From a virus (Duplodnaviria > Caudoviricetes), in the IMG/VR virus record IMGVR_UViG_3300028864_000017: a stretch of DNA of 64,000 bases, one strand, 5' to 3'. Below, one piece after another: positions 10,161 to 20,464 of the stretch. How positions within the stretch are numbered: position 1 is the first letter of the stretch; each line of letters begins with the position of its first letter. The notes under the pieces are model-generated. The model made no database searches, had not been told where the DNA came from, and saw only the letters and a program-made list of their open reading frames with translations. The position numbers and the translations under genes were made by a program.

Positions 10161-10742
10161 ATGAGATATATTAAAAATTATGAGGAAAAAATTAACGAAG
10201 AATTTAAAATACCTCAATTTATTAGAAATTATAAAGAAACAGGAGATTTAATAAAAGATAAAGTATATGAAAATCTTCAAATCGCAAAAGATAAAATAAA
10301 TGATCCCGAAAATATTCGTAAATTAAATGATTTTTTAGATAATGTAGAAGAGACAACTACAAAAATTTCTAATACAATGAAAAATAATAGAAATCTAAAA
10401 ATAATAGAAAATATGTTGACTGGTAGTAAATGGATTGCTATTGTAACATCAGTTTACCAATTAATATTTAATACTACAATATCACTCACTAGTTTTAGTT
10501 TAGGTGGAATAGGGGCAATTAAAATTGCATTGTTTTTATACATATTAAAATTAATAGTTAATATATTTAGGAATTATAATAATTTTATATCCTTGACAAA
10601 AGCAGCTAAAGATTTTGTCATTAATATAACCAAAATATTTAAGACTACTAATAATTCAAACAATCCTGTCATAAATAATAATTCGTCTGATAATATTAGT
10701 GAAAGTTATATTCTATATTTGACAGAAAAAGGAATTATATAA
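10161..10742 (+). CDS. Hypothetical protein, capsid-targeting-like N-terminus, 2 TM
   Basis: MRYIKNYEEKINE; TTATATATAATA upstream. Confidence 0.7.
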   Translation: MRYIKNYEEKINEEFKIPQFIRNYKETGDLIKDKVYENLQIAKDKINDPENIRKLNDFLDNVEETTTKISNTMKNNRNLKIIENMLTGSKWIAIVTSVYQLIFNTTISLTSFSLGGIGAIKIALFLYILKLIVNIFRNYNNFISLTKAAKDFVINITKIFKTTNNSNNPVINNNSSDNISESYILYLTEKGII

Positions 10743-10756
10743 AAAAAATTGTTTTA

Positions 10757-11065
10757 ATGAATCACGTAAAATTAATTACAGAGATGTATAATAAAAATCC
10801 AGAGTATGAAACAAACTCATTTGGATGGAAAATTCCAGTAAGAAATTATATTGATGATGTATTTGATCATATATCATACATATATTGTAATGATAAACAT
10901 ATAAGTGAAAAATCATTTAATCAATTAGATGAAGCAGATTCTTATATAAAAAGTATTTTTGATAATAATTCAGAAATATTAGAAGAAATTAATAATCTTA
11001 AAGATAAAAGAATAGAGTATACAGCAGAGTTTATTTATGATAGATATTTTAAAAATGTAAATTGA
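10757..11065 (+). CDS. Hypothetical protein
   Basis: MNHVKLITEMYN. Confidence 0.65.
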   Translation: MNHVKLITEMYNKNPEYETNSFGWKIPVRNYIDDVFDHISYIYCNDKHISEKSFNQLDEADSYIKSIFDNNSEILEEINNLKDKRIEYTAEFIYDRYFKNVN

Positions 11066-11069
11066 TAAT

Positions 11070-11408
11070 ATGAAAGTAAATAAATATAAAGAATATTTAA
11101 AATTTAAAGATAAGTATGAAATTATTAGACAAGAAATTATGAATCTAATAGAAGAATATTATATTTTTAATGATAATTTCAGAATAGAACATCTTGGAGA
11201 TACAAAGCATAGCTATATGTCAATTACTAATTTAAATAAATCTGATGAAAAAGATTATGAAACTGGAGAATATTGGTATTGGGTTGAATACCACTATCCG
11301 TATGCAGATAAAAATTTTGATAAAATAAGTCAAAGTGAATTTGATGATATTATGAAATTTATAGACAATCCTGAAGTATATAAAAAAGCAAAAAAATTTA
11401 ACTTGTGA
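11070..11408 (+). CDS. Hypothetical protein with KFNL C-terminus
   Basis: MKVNKYKEY ... AKKFNL. Confidence 0.7.
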   Translation: MKVNKYKEYLKFKDKYEIIRQEIMNLIEEYYIFNDNFRIEHLGDTKHSYMSITNLNKSDEKDYETGEYWYWVEYHYPYADKNFDKISQSEFDDIMKFIDNPEVYKKAKKFNL

Positions 11409-11409
11409 T

Positions 11410-11694
11410 ATGAAAGTAAATAAATTTGAAGAAATAAACGAAAGTTCAAGAGTAAGAGGATATTATATTAATTCTGAAAATGGTGAATTAAGAACAGGAT
11501 ATACTCACAATTCTAATATTTTTTTAACTGATGAAGAATATAAAAGAATAAAAGGATTAGCAGATAGTATTAAAGCATCTTGTGAAAATTATAATGATAT
11601 GAAAGAAACTAAAATTTCAATGCTAAGAGCAGCAATACATAAAGTTAAAGATGATTCTGAATTTATGAAGACAACAAATAAATTTAATATTTAA
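11410..11694 (+). CDS. Hypothetical protein with KFNI C-terminus
   Basis: MKVNKFEEINES ... TNKFNI. Confidence 0.7.
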   Translation: MKVNKFEEINESSRVRGYYINSENGELRTGYTHNSNIFLTDEEYKRIKGLADSIKASCENYNDMKETKISMLRAAIHKVKDDSEFMKTTNKFNI

Positions 11695-11700
11695 TTACAT

Positions 11701-12462
11701 ATGAAAAATGTAATATTATTATTAACTAAATCATCATCACAGGTTATTATTAATCAATACAACAAATTAAAAACAGAATTAAATCCCGAAAAATATGACA
11801 TTTTTATTTTATATCATGATAAAATTAATAATATTCCTAATATAATAAAAAATGAAAATTATTTTTCTTTTAATAACAACATTCTACAAGAATTAAATTT
11901 TAAACCGATTGGTAAATTTTTATTACCAGGTAGTAATCACTTTCCCCTTTTTAAATTTAAAAAAATTCATTCTGAATACAAATATTATTGGATAATTGAA
12001 GATGATGTTAGATTCAATGGTAATTGGAATACATTTTTTGGTGAATTTGAAAATTTTAATTGTGATTTTTTATCATCTAATATGAGAAATTATATAGATG
12101 ATTCATCATGGTGTTATTTTAATTCATTGTCTCACCCTATTATAAAAATAAAAGATGAAAATAAAATAGCATCATTCAACCCAATATACAGAATATCAAA
12201 TAATTCAATTGATTATCTTAGTGATATGTTTTTAGATGGTTGGTCTGGACATCATGAAGTATCAATTTCAACTTTATTAAATTATGGAGGATTTCATATT
12301 GCAGATTTTGGAGGTAACGGAAAATACACTCCAGATGAATTTAAAAATAAAAATTATAATATAAATGATAGTAAAACTCACATTTATAGACAGATTTTCA
12401 CTGAAGTAGGAAATATTCCTGATGTAATTTATCATCCAGTTAAAAATTTTAAAAATAATTAA
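11701..12462 (+). CDS. Putative glycosyltransferase-like (DUF3405-like) protein
   Basis: YYWIIEDDVRFNGNW, PIYRISN, GHHEV, YHPVK. Confidence 0.5.
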   Translation: MKNVILLLTKSSSQVIINQYNKLKTELNPEKYDIFILYHDKINNIPNIIKNENYFSFNNNILQELNFKPIGKFLLPGSNHFPLFKFKKIHSEYKYYWIIEDDVRFNGNWNTFFGEFENFNCDFLSSNMRNYIDDSSWCYFNSLSHPIIKIKDENKIASFNPIYRISNNSIDYLSDMFLDGWSGHHEVSISTLLNYGGFHIADFGGNGKYTPDEFKNKNYNINDSKTHIYRQIFTEVGNIPDVIYHPVKNFKNN

Positions 12463-12465
12463 TAA

Positions 12466-13092
12466 TTATTTTCTTTTAGATGCTAATATAATATCAATTG
12501 ATTTGTTGATGTCTCTATCAGAAATTCTCATATCTTTATACTTATCATGTATTTCTACTTCAGTATCTCCTATATTAATTTCCTTCAATTCTTCTTTAAG
12601 ATCTTTGAAAAACTCTTTCATACTTTTTTGTAATTTATATAGAGTCTCAATACAATCTTTCATTTCTCTTTGAAACATTGATACTGCTTGAAATAAATCT
12701 GCATCAGAACTACCATTATCTATTTGTTTCATTAGATTAATTAATCCTCTTTTAGAACAGGATATAGAGAATTTTAAATCAGAAATTGCAAGAGCATCAT
12801 TTTTAATTATGTTATTTATATTTTTATTTAACATAATATCTTCTGATAAATATAAATTTGCTATACATTCTAATGTTTCTTTTGATTCCTCTCTGATTAC
12901 TTCCAAATCTTTTTCATAATCATGCATTTCAATTTTAAAATTCAAGTCTATGTTATTATTAACTGGAAAAAACTCAGATGGATCAAAATCCAATTCTTCT
13001 TGAGCATCTTCTATTTCAGTTTTTAACTGTTCTATATTTGATTGAAATGATTCTCTGTAGTCTTGTGCGGTTGGTGTTTCACTTTTAGCCAT
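12466..13092 (-). CDS. Hypothetical helical protein, weakly like T4 gp16 small terminase
   Basis: LINLMKQIDNGSSDADLFQAVSMFQREMKDCIETLYKLQKSMKE. Confidence 0.35.
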   Translation of the reverse strand: MAKSETPTAQDYRESFQSNIEQLKTEIEDAQEELDFDPSEFFPVNNNIDLNFKIEMHDYEKDLEVIREESKETLECIANLYLSEDIMLNKNINNIIKNDALAISDLKFSISCSKRGLINLMKQIDNGSSDADLFQAVSMFQREMKDCIETLYKLQKSMKEFFKDLKEELKEINIGDTEVEIHDKYKDMRISDRDINKSIDIILASKRK

Positions 13093-13148
13093 AAAAATAA
13101 CTTTAATTTTTTAATATATATAAATAAATATAAGTTAGAATATATAAT

Positions 13149-14093
13149 ATGATAAAAAAATATAACATGTTTCTATTAAATGAAAATATATCTATGTCAA
13201 ATGAAGATATAATTGAAATACTAAAATCATTAGAGACAGAAGACAATAAAAACTCTATTTTAATTAAAAGATTAGTTAATTATACTGATAAAAGTGGTAA
13301 GAATGTACTAATGAGCGTAGTATCATCTAATAATATTGATTTAATAGATTATATTTTGAAATTTGATGTAAATTTAAACCAAGTAGTAACAAGTACTGGA
13401 GAAAACGTATTATTTTTTTGTAAAAACATTAATGTATTTAAAAAATTATATGAATTAGGAGCCAATGCGAATCAAATTACTAAAATTGATCGTACAGTAT
13501 TAAATTCACTATCAAGAAAGAAATTATTTAATGTTGAGTTATATCAAAAAATAATTACAGATGATGTTGATATAAATAAAATTGATATGAATAATGAATC
13601 TGTTCTTACTGGATCTATATTAAATAAAAAAATATTGGAATTATTATTAAATAACAATGTGAATTTGAATGGATTGGATCAATCAAATTTTTTATATAGG
13701 TTATCTTATGAACTAAATTATTATCCTAAAAAACAAAATATAATATTAGACATATTTAAAATCCTATTTAAAAATGGAATGATAATTCAAAACGAGACAA
13801 ATTTTATAAATATATTAAGATTAGATTCAAATAATATAGATATTATATATGATTTCATTGTTCCACTAAATAAATATATAACTGATAATATGATAATATT
13901 AATTTATGATAAATTATGTCATGAATCTGGAATGGATAGAATAAAGATGGCTAATAAATTATTGAGATTAGGCTCATATCCTAAATTCTACAATAAGTTA
14001 AAAAATAGTTTTAGAGAACAATTCTATATCGAATTCGCTGATTATATAAAGGAGAATCCATTTTATGAAGATGCCGAAAAATTTAACTTGTAA
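13149..14093 (+). CDS. Ankyrin-repeat protein
   Basis: DKSGKNVLM..V, TGENVLFF, GANANQ, NNESVL repeats; N-terminal MIKKYNMFLLNE; ends AEKFNL. Confidence 0.75.
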   Translation: MIKKYNMFLLNENISMSNEDIIEILKSLETEDNKNSILIKRLVNYTDKSGKNVLMSVVSSNNIDLIDYILKFDVNLNQVVTSTGENVLFFCKNINVFKKLYELGANANQITKIDRTVLNSLSRKKLFNVELYQKIITDDVDINKIDMNNESVLTGSILNKKILELLLNNNVNLNGLDQSNFLYRLSYELNYYPKKQNIILDIFKILFKNGMIIQNETNFINILRLDSNNIDIIYDFIVPLNKYITDNMIILIYDKLCHESGMDRIKMANKLLRLGSYPKFYNKLKNSFREQFYIEFADYIKENPFYEDAEKFNL

Positions 14094-14112
14094 TATTAAT
14101 ATATACACAAAT

Positions 14113-14475
14113 ATGAAACATTTAAAAAAATTTGAGACTAATTATAACTATAGTAGCACTGAGCCATATATTATAGAATTTGAAATAGTAAATAAAATAA
14201 TTGAGTTTATTAAAACAAATAAGTTGAAATATATTGACAATATTAAAATATATGATGGTGAATATTATATAACATTAGGAAAAATTGGAAATTATGACAA
14301 TACTTTATTGAAATATAAATATCCAGGTGATGAGCCAATAGAAATTATGATAGGCATACCTAGAAATGAAGGAGTTGATATTAATAATAGTATATTAGAA
14401 CAAATAAGAAAATTAACAGAAGAAGATATTAACGTTCTACATACTAAACAAGCATCATCAAAATTTAACATATAA
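14113..14475 (+). CDS. Hypothetical protein with MKHLKKFE start and KFNI end
   Basis: ATG at 14113; ends ASSKFNI. Confidence 0.7.
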   Translation: MKHLKKFETNYNYSSTEPYIIEFEIVNKIIEFIKTNKLKYIDNIKIYDGEYYITLGKIGNYDNTLLKYKYPGDEPIEIMIGIPRNEGVDINNSILEQIRKLTEEDINVLHTKQASSKFNI

Positions 14476-14496
14476 CACAAAAATAACATAAAAATT

Positions 14497-14985
14497 ATGG
14501 AATATTACGATCAATCGTATTTAGACTTATTCAAAAAAGTTAATACCCAAAAAATTGAAACATCAAATCAATCATATGAACAATTAAGAGGAAATGATAA
14601 CTCATTTAATTCTCAAATGTTAAAAGAAACTCCTGATTATACTAATTATAACAAAAATTATAGTAATTTTAATAATCAAAATTTAAATGAAGTAAGAAGA
14701 CAAGAATACTCACAAGATTTCAATATTAATGAATTTAATATTGAAACAAGAGTAAATGGTCAGATTATAAATGAAGTTAAACAAGAGGAAAAAGGAAATA
14801 AGTTAAATGAAGTTATGCAAAAACTTCGTGACGAAAGACTAAATGAAATTAAACAATCACAAGAACTTCAAAGTTTAAATGAAAATATTGATTTTTCAAA
14901 TTCTGATTACATATCAGTAGAAATGTTTGAAAAAGCAAGATACAATTCAATGATGCAAGTCGCTAATAGAATTAATCCAAGATGA
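14497..14985 (+). CDS. Hypothetical protein
   Basis: ORF. Confidence 0.6.
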   Translation: MEYYDQSYLDLFKKVNTQKIETSNQSYEQLRGNDNSFNSQMLKETPDYTNYNKNYSNFNNQNLNEVRRQEYSQDFNINEFNIETRVNGQIINEVKQEEKGNKLNEVMQKLRDERLNEIKQSQELQSLNENIDFSNSDYISVEMFEKARYNSMMQVANRINPR

Positions 14986-14997
14986 AATATAATAAAA

Positions 14998-15219
14998 ATG
15001 AAATTGGAAATGTTTAAAGAATATTACATAGGAAGAAAAGGTTTTTATCATAATAAAAATGTAATAATTATATCTAACAGATACGATGAAATCGAGTATC
15101 AAGATTTTGGTTTTATTTTTGACAATTTTGAGATTTCTATTTTTTTTGATGATGGTTCTAAAAAAATAGTTAAATTGAAAGGCAATTTAATAAAAAGACA
15201 AATTAAACTAAAATTTTAA
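14998..15219 (+). CDS. Hypothetical protein
   Basis: MKLEMFKEY. Confidence 0.55.
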   Translation: MKLEMFKEYYIGRKGFYHNKNVIIISNRYDEIEYQDFGFIFDNFEISIFFDDGSKKIVKLKGNLIKRQIKLKF

Positions 15220-15266
15220 AAATGATTTTTATTATTTAATATATACAAAAAAACAGAAACATACAC

Positions 15267-15533
15267 ATGAATAAGATCAAAGATTTTAAACAATATAATG
15301 AAAGTTTATCTTTAACTGAAAAATTGTCAGATTTACAAATAGAATACAGAGAATATTTCAAATTTATACTTGATTGTTATGATGTAAAATCACCAGCCAA
15401 ATTATCAGATGAAAAGAAAAGTGAATTCTTTGATAACGTAAACAAGTATTGGACTAAAGGAAAAGGTGCAACTAAAGATTTAGATAAAATAAAAATAGAT
15501 ATCTGCGGTGAAGAAAAAGTAATTAAAAAATAA
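15267..15533 (+). CDS. Hypothetical protein with capsid-targeting-like N-terminus
   Basis: MNKIKDFKQYNESL; TAATATATACA upstream. Confidence 0.7.
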   Translation: MNKIKDFKQYNESLSLTEKLSDLQIEYREYFKFILDCYDVKSPAKLSDEKKSEFFDNVNKYWTKGKGATKDLDKIKIDICGEEKVIKK

Positions 15534-15567
15534 TATATATACAATATAAAAATAAAATAATAAACAC

Positions 15568-16095
15568 ATGAAAGATAGCAAATTAAATAATCTACTTAGC
15601 ATTGATAATTTCTCTGAAAAAGAAGTTTTCAAAAACGCAAAAGCAACTAAAAGAACTGAAGTAGCAAAAGACATTTTAGAAAGAAAAGAAGAATCTGGTG
15701 AAAACGTATCAGAAAAATCAAAAACCAAAGAAGAACATTCATATGGTAAATTAAACAACCTTTGTGATCTTGAAAATTTTACTGAAAAAGATTTTTTCAA
15801 AAGTTATGGTCCAACTAAACGTACTGATGTAGCAAAAGACATTCTTAAAGAATTCAAAAACATCAAAGCAGATGATGACGAAGATGATGATAAATATGAA
15901 AAGAAAGGTAAAGTCGTAAAAAAACTTAAAGATGACGATAAGAAAGATAAAGACGATAAGAAAAAACCAATGAGCAAATCTAAAAAAGAAGATGAAGATG
16001 AAGATGACAAAGATGGAAAAAAAGAATTGTCAGCAGCTCAAAAGAAATTACCTGAAAGTTTACAAAAGGTTATGCTAAAAAGAATGAACAAATAA
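15568..16095 (+). CDS. Highly charged protein with internal duplication
   Basis: Two copies of NF(S/T)EK..FK....TKRT(E/D)VAKDIL; ends LSAAQKKLPESLQK. Confidence 0.7.
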   Translation: MKDSKLNNLLSIDNFSEKEVFKNAKATKRTEVAKDILERKEESGENVSEKSKTKEEHSYGKLNNLCDLENFTEKDFFKSYGPTKRTDVAKDILKEFKNIKADDDEDDDKYEKKGKVVKKLKDDDKKDKDDKKKPMSKSKKEDEDEDDKDGKKELSAAQKKLPESLQKVMLKRMNK

Positions 16096-16099
16096 AATT

Positions 16100-16450
16100 A
16101 TGAAAAAAACTTATTTTTTTGGATGGACAAATATTAAAAAATTTATTACTGAAATAATAAAAATGTATTCGAATAAAGATTCTTATTTTTCTAAAAAGAG
16201 AGTAGAATCATCTATTGCATTTATAATTGGACAATGGGGTATGATTTATTTTTTACTTCAATCAATAAGCACATTATCAGCGGGAGATTTCGCAATCTGG
16301 GCTGGTGTAGAATTTGCAGTAGCTGGATATATTGTTCATTATATACAGCAAGAAAAAAAGGTTATAAATACTGTTGATACTACTAAAACTGATTCTAATG
16401 ATAATACAACAGCAATCAATACAGTTAAAACTGACTCTACTGAAAAATAA
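16100..16450 (+). CDS. 2-TM membrane protein (holin-like)
   Basis: SYFSKKRVESSIAFIIGQWGMIYFL ... FAVAGYIV. Confidence 0.5.
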   Translation: MKKTYFFGWTNIKKFITEIIKMYSNKDSYFSKKRVESSIAFIIGQWGMIYFLLQSISTLSAGDFAIWAGVEFAVAGYIVHYIQQEKKVINTVDTTKTDSNDNTTAINTVKTDSTEK

Positions 16451-16468
16451 TTCACAAAATTAAAACAA

Positions 16469-16500
16469 AAAAAAGCTTCATTTTTTATGAAGCTTTTTTT
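16469..16500. terminator. Bidirectional terminator
   Basis: aaaaaaagcttcat-ttttt-atgaagctttttt. Confidence 0.8.
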
Positions 16501-17252
16501 TATTTTGACATTTTTAATTCTTCATCTTTAATTCTATTCTTTGAAACATTAAAATATTTTATATCTAATTCAATTCCTATGAAATTTCTATCATATCTTA
16601 AACATGCAATTCCAGTTGTTCCACTACCCATGCAATTATCTAATACAGTATCACCTTTTTCAGTGTATGTCTTTATTAACTCACTCAGTAAATCTATGGA
16701 TTTTTCTGTTGGATGCTTTACTATACTTGGATGAGGTTTAGGAAATTTCCAAATTGATTTAGGGTATTTTAAAGTTGTTCCTGCTCTTGAATCATCAGTA
16801 CTTTTAAATTTACCATAATTTTGATTCTTAGGAATTTTATTCATATATGTTTTACCTTTAGAATGTAAAGGAACTCCAGTGTCTATCATTTGAGGAAAAT
16901 ACTTAGGTAATTTCTTATAAAATACTGCAATCTGCTCATGTGATCTAAGTGGCATACGTTTAGAATTTAAAAATCCTGTTGTCAATTCTTTGTCCCAAAT
17001 AATATCATATCTAAACATCTTTCTATTGCTATTAACCAAGTCCACATAGAACAATCCTTGAGCAAACAATACAATTGCACCATTAGACTTTATTATTCTC
17101 TTATACTGCTCCCATAAAGGTTCAAATGGTATTTTCAAATCTTTTTTATTTTGGGTAACTCCAAAAGGCAAATCGCACAAAATCAAATCAACAGATTTAT
17201 CTGGAATATCTATCATCATCTCTAAGCAATCACCATTTTTTAAATCATACAT
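16500..17252 (-). CDS. DNA methyltransferase, N4C/N6A beta class
   Basis: DLILCDLPFG (motif IV), HPTEKS, VLDNCMGSGTTG (motif I), FIGIELD. Confidence 0.92.
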   Translation of the reverse strand: MYDLKNGDCLEMMIDIPDKSVDLILCDLPFGVTQNKKDLKIPFEPLWEQYKRIIKSNGAIVLFAQGLFYVDLVNSNRKMFRYDIIWDKELTTGFLNSKRMPLRSHEQIAVFYKKLPKYFPQMIDTGVPLHSKGKTYMNKIPKNQNYGKFKSTDDSRAGTTLKYPKSIWKFPKPHPSIVKHPTEKSIDLLSELIKTYTEKGDTVLDNCMGSGTTGIACLRYDRNFIGIELDIKYFNVSKNRIKDEELKMSK

Positions 17253-17301
17253 ATTATTTTGTTATTTTATATTATTTTATTTTATATTATTTTATATGTT
17301 A

Positions 17302-17619
17302 TTATTGGTAAAAAGATTTAATTTTTTTGCAATATCCTTTATATTTTGTTGGAATATCACTATCAAAATCACAAATATTCCATTCCTGTTGATTAATCAT
17401 TGAAGATAATGTTCTTTGGGAATTTTCTCCAAACATTATCTTATGAGAAGGATGAGAATCTACCCAAGCTCCATGTAGCATACTCCAATAAACTAATGAT
17501 TCCCATTTAGTTGAAATTTCCATTGGACAAAATAATTCTACAGTATCACCAGCATATATATTTTTACCAAAATCATCTTTGTATATTAAATATTTCTTCT
17601 TATAATTTTGTATTGTCAT
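17302..17619 (-). CDS. Hypothetical protein (YopX-like)
   Basis: KDDFGKNIYAGDTVEL. Confidence 0.5.
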   Translation of the reverse strand: MTIQNYKKKYLIYKDDFGKNIYAGDTVELFCPMEISTKWESLVYWSMLHGAWVDSHPSHKIMFGENSQRTLSSMINQQEWNICDFDSDIPTKYKGYCKKIKSFYQ

Positions 17620-17818
17620 TTGATTTAGAAATTATTTCATTTAATTTATCAAGTCTTATTTTTATTTTTTCTTTTCTTATTTGTTCAATCTTATATTGTT
17701 GACTTAATATAGTCCACTCCTTTAACATGCTAGTAACTGAATTTGTCTTTATTTGATCAGGTAATTCATCTCGACTGAATTTAACATCAAATTTTGTTTC
17801 GTCTATTGTTATTTTCAT
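17600..17818 (-). CDS. Hypothetical protein with RxxKL tag
   Basis: IRKEKIKIRLDKLNEI. Confidence 0.6.
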   Translation of the reverse strand: MKITIDETKFDVKFSRDELPDQIKTNSVTSMLKEWTILSQQYKIEQIRKEKIKIRLDKLNEIISKSNDNTKL

Positions 17819-18399
17819 TTTAATTTTTTTAATTTTTTATATCTAATATATGATTTTGTTTCTTGATGTTCATAATAACTCCAAATTTCTTTCAATTGAG
17901 ATTCATCTTTAATACGACTTTCATCATCAATCTCTATAACATTAACATAAAATGTTTTTGGTGTGAAAGGAATTTTTATTGTTTGTTTGCTTGTAATACT
18001 TTCATTCTTATTATTAAGTGCTCCGCCAGTATATGATGAATTATTTTCATCAACAAAAACAATTGCATCCAAATAATATGGACTACCATCAGTTGATACT
18101 TTAAAAACAGCACTACAACGATTATTCTGAAATAACATTTCACTATCATCCATAGTCACATCAATCCATTCATCATCAGTACACATGATAGGTGCAATTG
18201 GCTTAAAATTAGCTAATTTTGTAAAATAACTAATAGCATATGACGCTGAAAACCCAGAATGTCCTTGTTTAGAAAAAACTTCTAGTAACTCTAACACATT
18301 TTCTTGTACCCATTTATCTGGATCATTTTCACATTCTTCAACAGGTTTATAACCTATTTTTAGAAATTCTCTTTTAGCGTGTTCTATTAAATTACTCAT
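17815..18399 (-). CDS. Conserved phage hypothetical protein with RxxKL tag
   Basis: FSKQGHSGFSA, FQNNRCSAVFK; ends IRYKKLKKLK. Confidence 0.7.
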   Translation of the reverse strand: MSNLIEHAKREFLKIGYKPVEECENDPDKWVQENVLELLEVFSKQGHSGFSASYAISYFTKLANFKPIAPIMCTDDEWIDVTMDDSEMLFQNNRCSAVFKVSTDGSPYYLDAIVFVDENNSSYTGGALNNKNESITSKQTIKIPFTPKTFYVNVIEIDDESRIKDESQLKEIWSYYEHQETKSYIRYKKLKKLK

Positions 18400-18709
18400 T
18401 TTTATTATCTACTATTTTTCCAAGTTTATTTCTTCTTAATATATTATTAAATACTTTGTATAATTCTGTATCAGATTCTAATTTATTTATGATTTGATTT
18501 GCTTCTAATATCAACAATTTTTCATGCTCATTTTTTTTTTCATCTTCAGTCATATTCAGAAGTCTATCAATTTCACATCTATAAACATCTAATTGATTTT
18601 TTTTTAATTCTTTAAATAATTTATTGATTTGTTCGAACTGTTTATTACTTTCATAAAATGGATTAATTGAATTGATTATAGTTTTTATTATATCTTTAAA
18701 AAGTTTCAT
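18392..18709 (-). CDS. Hypothetical protein with RxxKL tag
   Basis: Probable start MKLFKD; LRRNKLGKI. Confidence 0.6.
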   Translation of the reverse strand: MKLFKDIIKTIINSINPFYESNKQFEQINKLFKELKKNQLDVYRCEIDRLLNMTEDEKKNEHEKLLILEANQIINKLESDTELYKVFNNILRRNKLGKIVDNKNE

Positions 18710-18969
18710 TTTAATTTTTTTAATTTTTTTAATTTTTCTTTTCTTGAATTGTAATTTATATATCTGTGACATCTATTACAAGCCCAACTATCTGGCTCAT
18801 ATTGTTTATCTGGTTGATATGGTTTGTGACCATTTATTTTACAAATCAATGGCATAAATGTATCATCAAAAGTAATTCTATCAAAATTTTTAATTAATTT
18901 CCAAGTTTTATTCCAATTCTTATATTTAATATAATGAAATAAATTTTGTGTTTCTCTACCACATCCCAT
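18706..18969 (-). CDS. Small Cys/His protein with RxxKL tag
   Basis: CKINGHK ... CNRCH; ends SRKEKLKKLKKLK. Confidence 0.65.
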   Translation of the reverse strand: MGCGRETQNLFHYIKYKNWNKTWKLIKNFDRITFDDTFMPLICKINGHKPYQPDKQYEPDSWACNRCHRYINYNSRKEKLKKLKKLK

Positions 18970-19210
18970 AACTATTCAACATTTTTATTTTTAATTTTCT
19001 ATATTCTTTTATTGACATAAAATCACATTCAAGATACCAACTTTGAATAGTGGTTCCAAATTTTACAGAATATAAAATATCAGATAAATTATCTGAATAT
19101 CGATATGAATATCCATATATTTTATATGTTTTATACTCCTTGAGATTCCATCCATAAATATTTTTAGAATTATTTATGAATATAACGTTATCACCAACAT
19201 GAAACTTCAT
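18956..19210 (-). CDS. KOW/SH3-like small protein with RxxKI tag
   Basis: MKFHVGDNVIFIN ... YRKLKIKML. Confidence 0.65.
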   Translation of the reverse strand: MKFHVGDNVIFINNSKNIYGWNLKEYKTYKIYGYSYRYSDNLSDILYSVKFGTTIQSWYLECDFMSIKEYRKLKIKMLNSYGMW

Positions 19211-19220
19211 ATTTTAGATA

Positions 19221-19409
19221 TTAAAAATTAAATGATTTGTTTTGTGTTTTTGGTTTTTCTGATGTGAATAATGCATCGAATTGTCTCTTGTTAAATTCTG
19301 TGTCTCCATATTGTCCATCAACATGATATTTATTGTCTTTGGTGTGTGAATAATTGTAGGTTTTGTTATTTTCAAACTGCCCGTAATCTAGCTTACATAT
19401 AGCTCTCAT
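19221..19409 (-). CDS. Hypothetical protein
   Basis: ORF. Confidence 0.55.
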   Translation of the reverse strand: MRAICKLDYGQFENNKTYNYSHTKDNKYHVDGQYGDTEFNKRQFDALFTSEKPKTQNKSFNF

Positions 19410-19426
19410 TATTATTTATTTATTTT

Positions 19427-19717
19427 TTATAATATATTTATTACTTTACCATATACATTTTTGGTCCAGCCATTTATGTGTCCTTTATTGTTACCGATAA
19501 GAACTCCTTGTTCTAAGTTTTTTGATTTTACTAAGTGAGTATATAATTTTCCGTGATATTTACAATAAACAATATCTCCTACATTTACTGATTCCCAAGT
19601 AGCTGGTTCTAATGTTACAGGTTGTTTTGATTTTATTAATGGAAGCATTGAGTTTCCTGGCTCTTTACTAATAATTGTTTCTCCAGCTAAAAGTCTTTCA
19701 ACTTTATTATTTGTCAT
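19427..19717 (-). CDS. S24/S26 peptidase-like protein
   Basis: GNSMLPLIKS, VNVGDIVY, THLVK (Ser-Lys dyad pattern). Confidence 0.6.
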   Translation of the reverse strand: MTNNKVERLLAGETIISKEPGNSMLPLIKSKQPVTLEPATWESVNVGDIVYCKYHGKLYTHLVKSKNLEQGVLIGNNKGHINGWTKNVYGKVINIL

Positions 19718-19725
19718 ATGATTTT

Positions 19726-20013
19726 TTATTTATAATTATAATTATGATGAACTGATGCAAAAACTCTTCCACTAACTTCTATATTACTATAAATTCCTTC
19801 TGGCGTGTCACATTTTATATCATAATTTACTGTGTAACCATCATTACTCCATTCTGCAGTTATAATTGATCCACAATTATATACTCTATTCCAATCATTA
19901 AATCCTTTACCTCCGTGATCACAAGAAGAACCACAATATGGACATGTTTTATATTCTTTATTGTGATTCCAATCAAAATCACCTTTTTGTCCGTTTAAAA
20001 TGTATTTTGTCAT
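19726..20013 (-). CDS. Zn-ribbon-like hypothetical protein
   Basis: CPYCG ... YNCGS. Confidence 0.5.
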   Translation of the reverse strand: MTKYILNGQKGDFDWNHNKEYKTCPYCGSSCDHGGKGFNDWNRVYNCGSIITAEWSNDGYTVNYDIKCDTPEGIYSNIEVSGRVFASVHHNYNYK

Positions 20014-20042
20014 AAAAAGTTTGTGTTATTAAATAATTTTGT

Positions 20043-20050
20043 TATCTTTG
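20043..20050 (+). promoter_or_regulatory. Bacteroidota sigma70 -7 element
   Basis: TATCTTTGCA in the divergent intergenic region. Confidence 0.55.
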
Positions 20051-20237
20051 CAAAATCTAGTTGAGTCTAGTTCGGTTTAAAATTATATCACTTATATCAC
20101 ATAAATAAAAAAAGTTTTATATTTTTTAAAAACATTCAATTCAAAAAAGTATATATAAAAATTAAAGATAAAATAATACATAAAATGAAGAAAAAATTAG
20201 ATAAATATTAGATTATTAAAAAATAATCTAATAAAAA

Positions 20238-20462
20238 ATGAAAAGAATCAAATGTAAAAAATCAGATGTAGTAACTGACAACAGAACCTACAACATTCTA
20301 AATAATGATAATACAGATCCTTATTGGGACGAAGGATTACACTTTTATCCAGAACAATCAAGAATAACAAGAAAGTTTAAAAAGAAACAATTGCTAATGT
20401 ATCAAATAAGAATGTATAAAACTTGGAAGCACAATAGAAGTAATCAATATAAAGTAAAATAA
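20238..20462 (+). CDS. Hypothetical protein
   Basis: ORF. Confidence 0.6.
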   Translation: MKRIKCKKSDVVTDNRTYNILNNDNTDPYWDEGLHFYPEQSRITRKFKKKQLLMYQIRMYKTWKHNRSNQYKVK

Positions 20463-20464
20463 TT

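Noticed and set aside
15480-16010. Antisense ORFs (106 aa and 68 aa)
   Set aside because: Shadows of the K/D/E-rich gene 15568-16095
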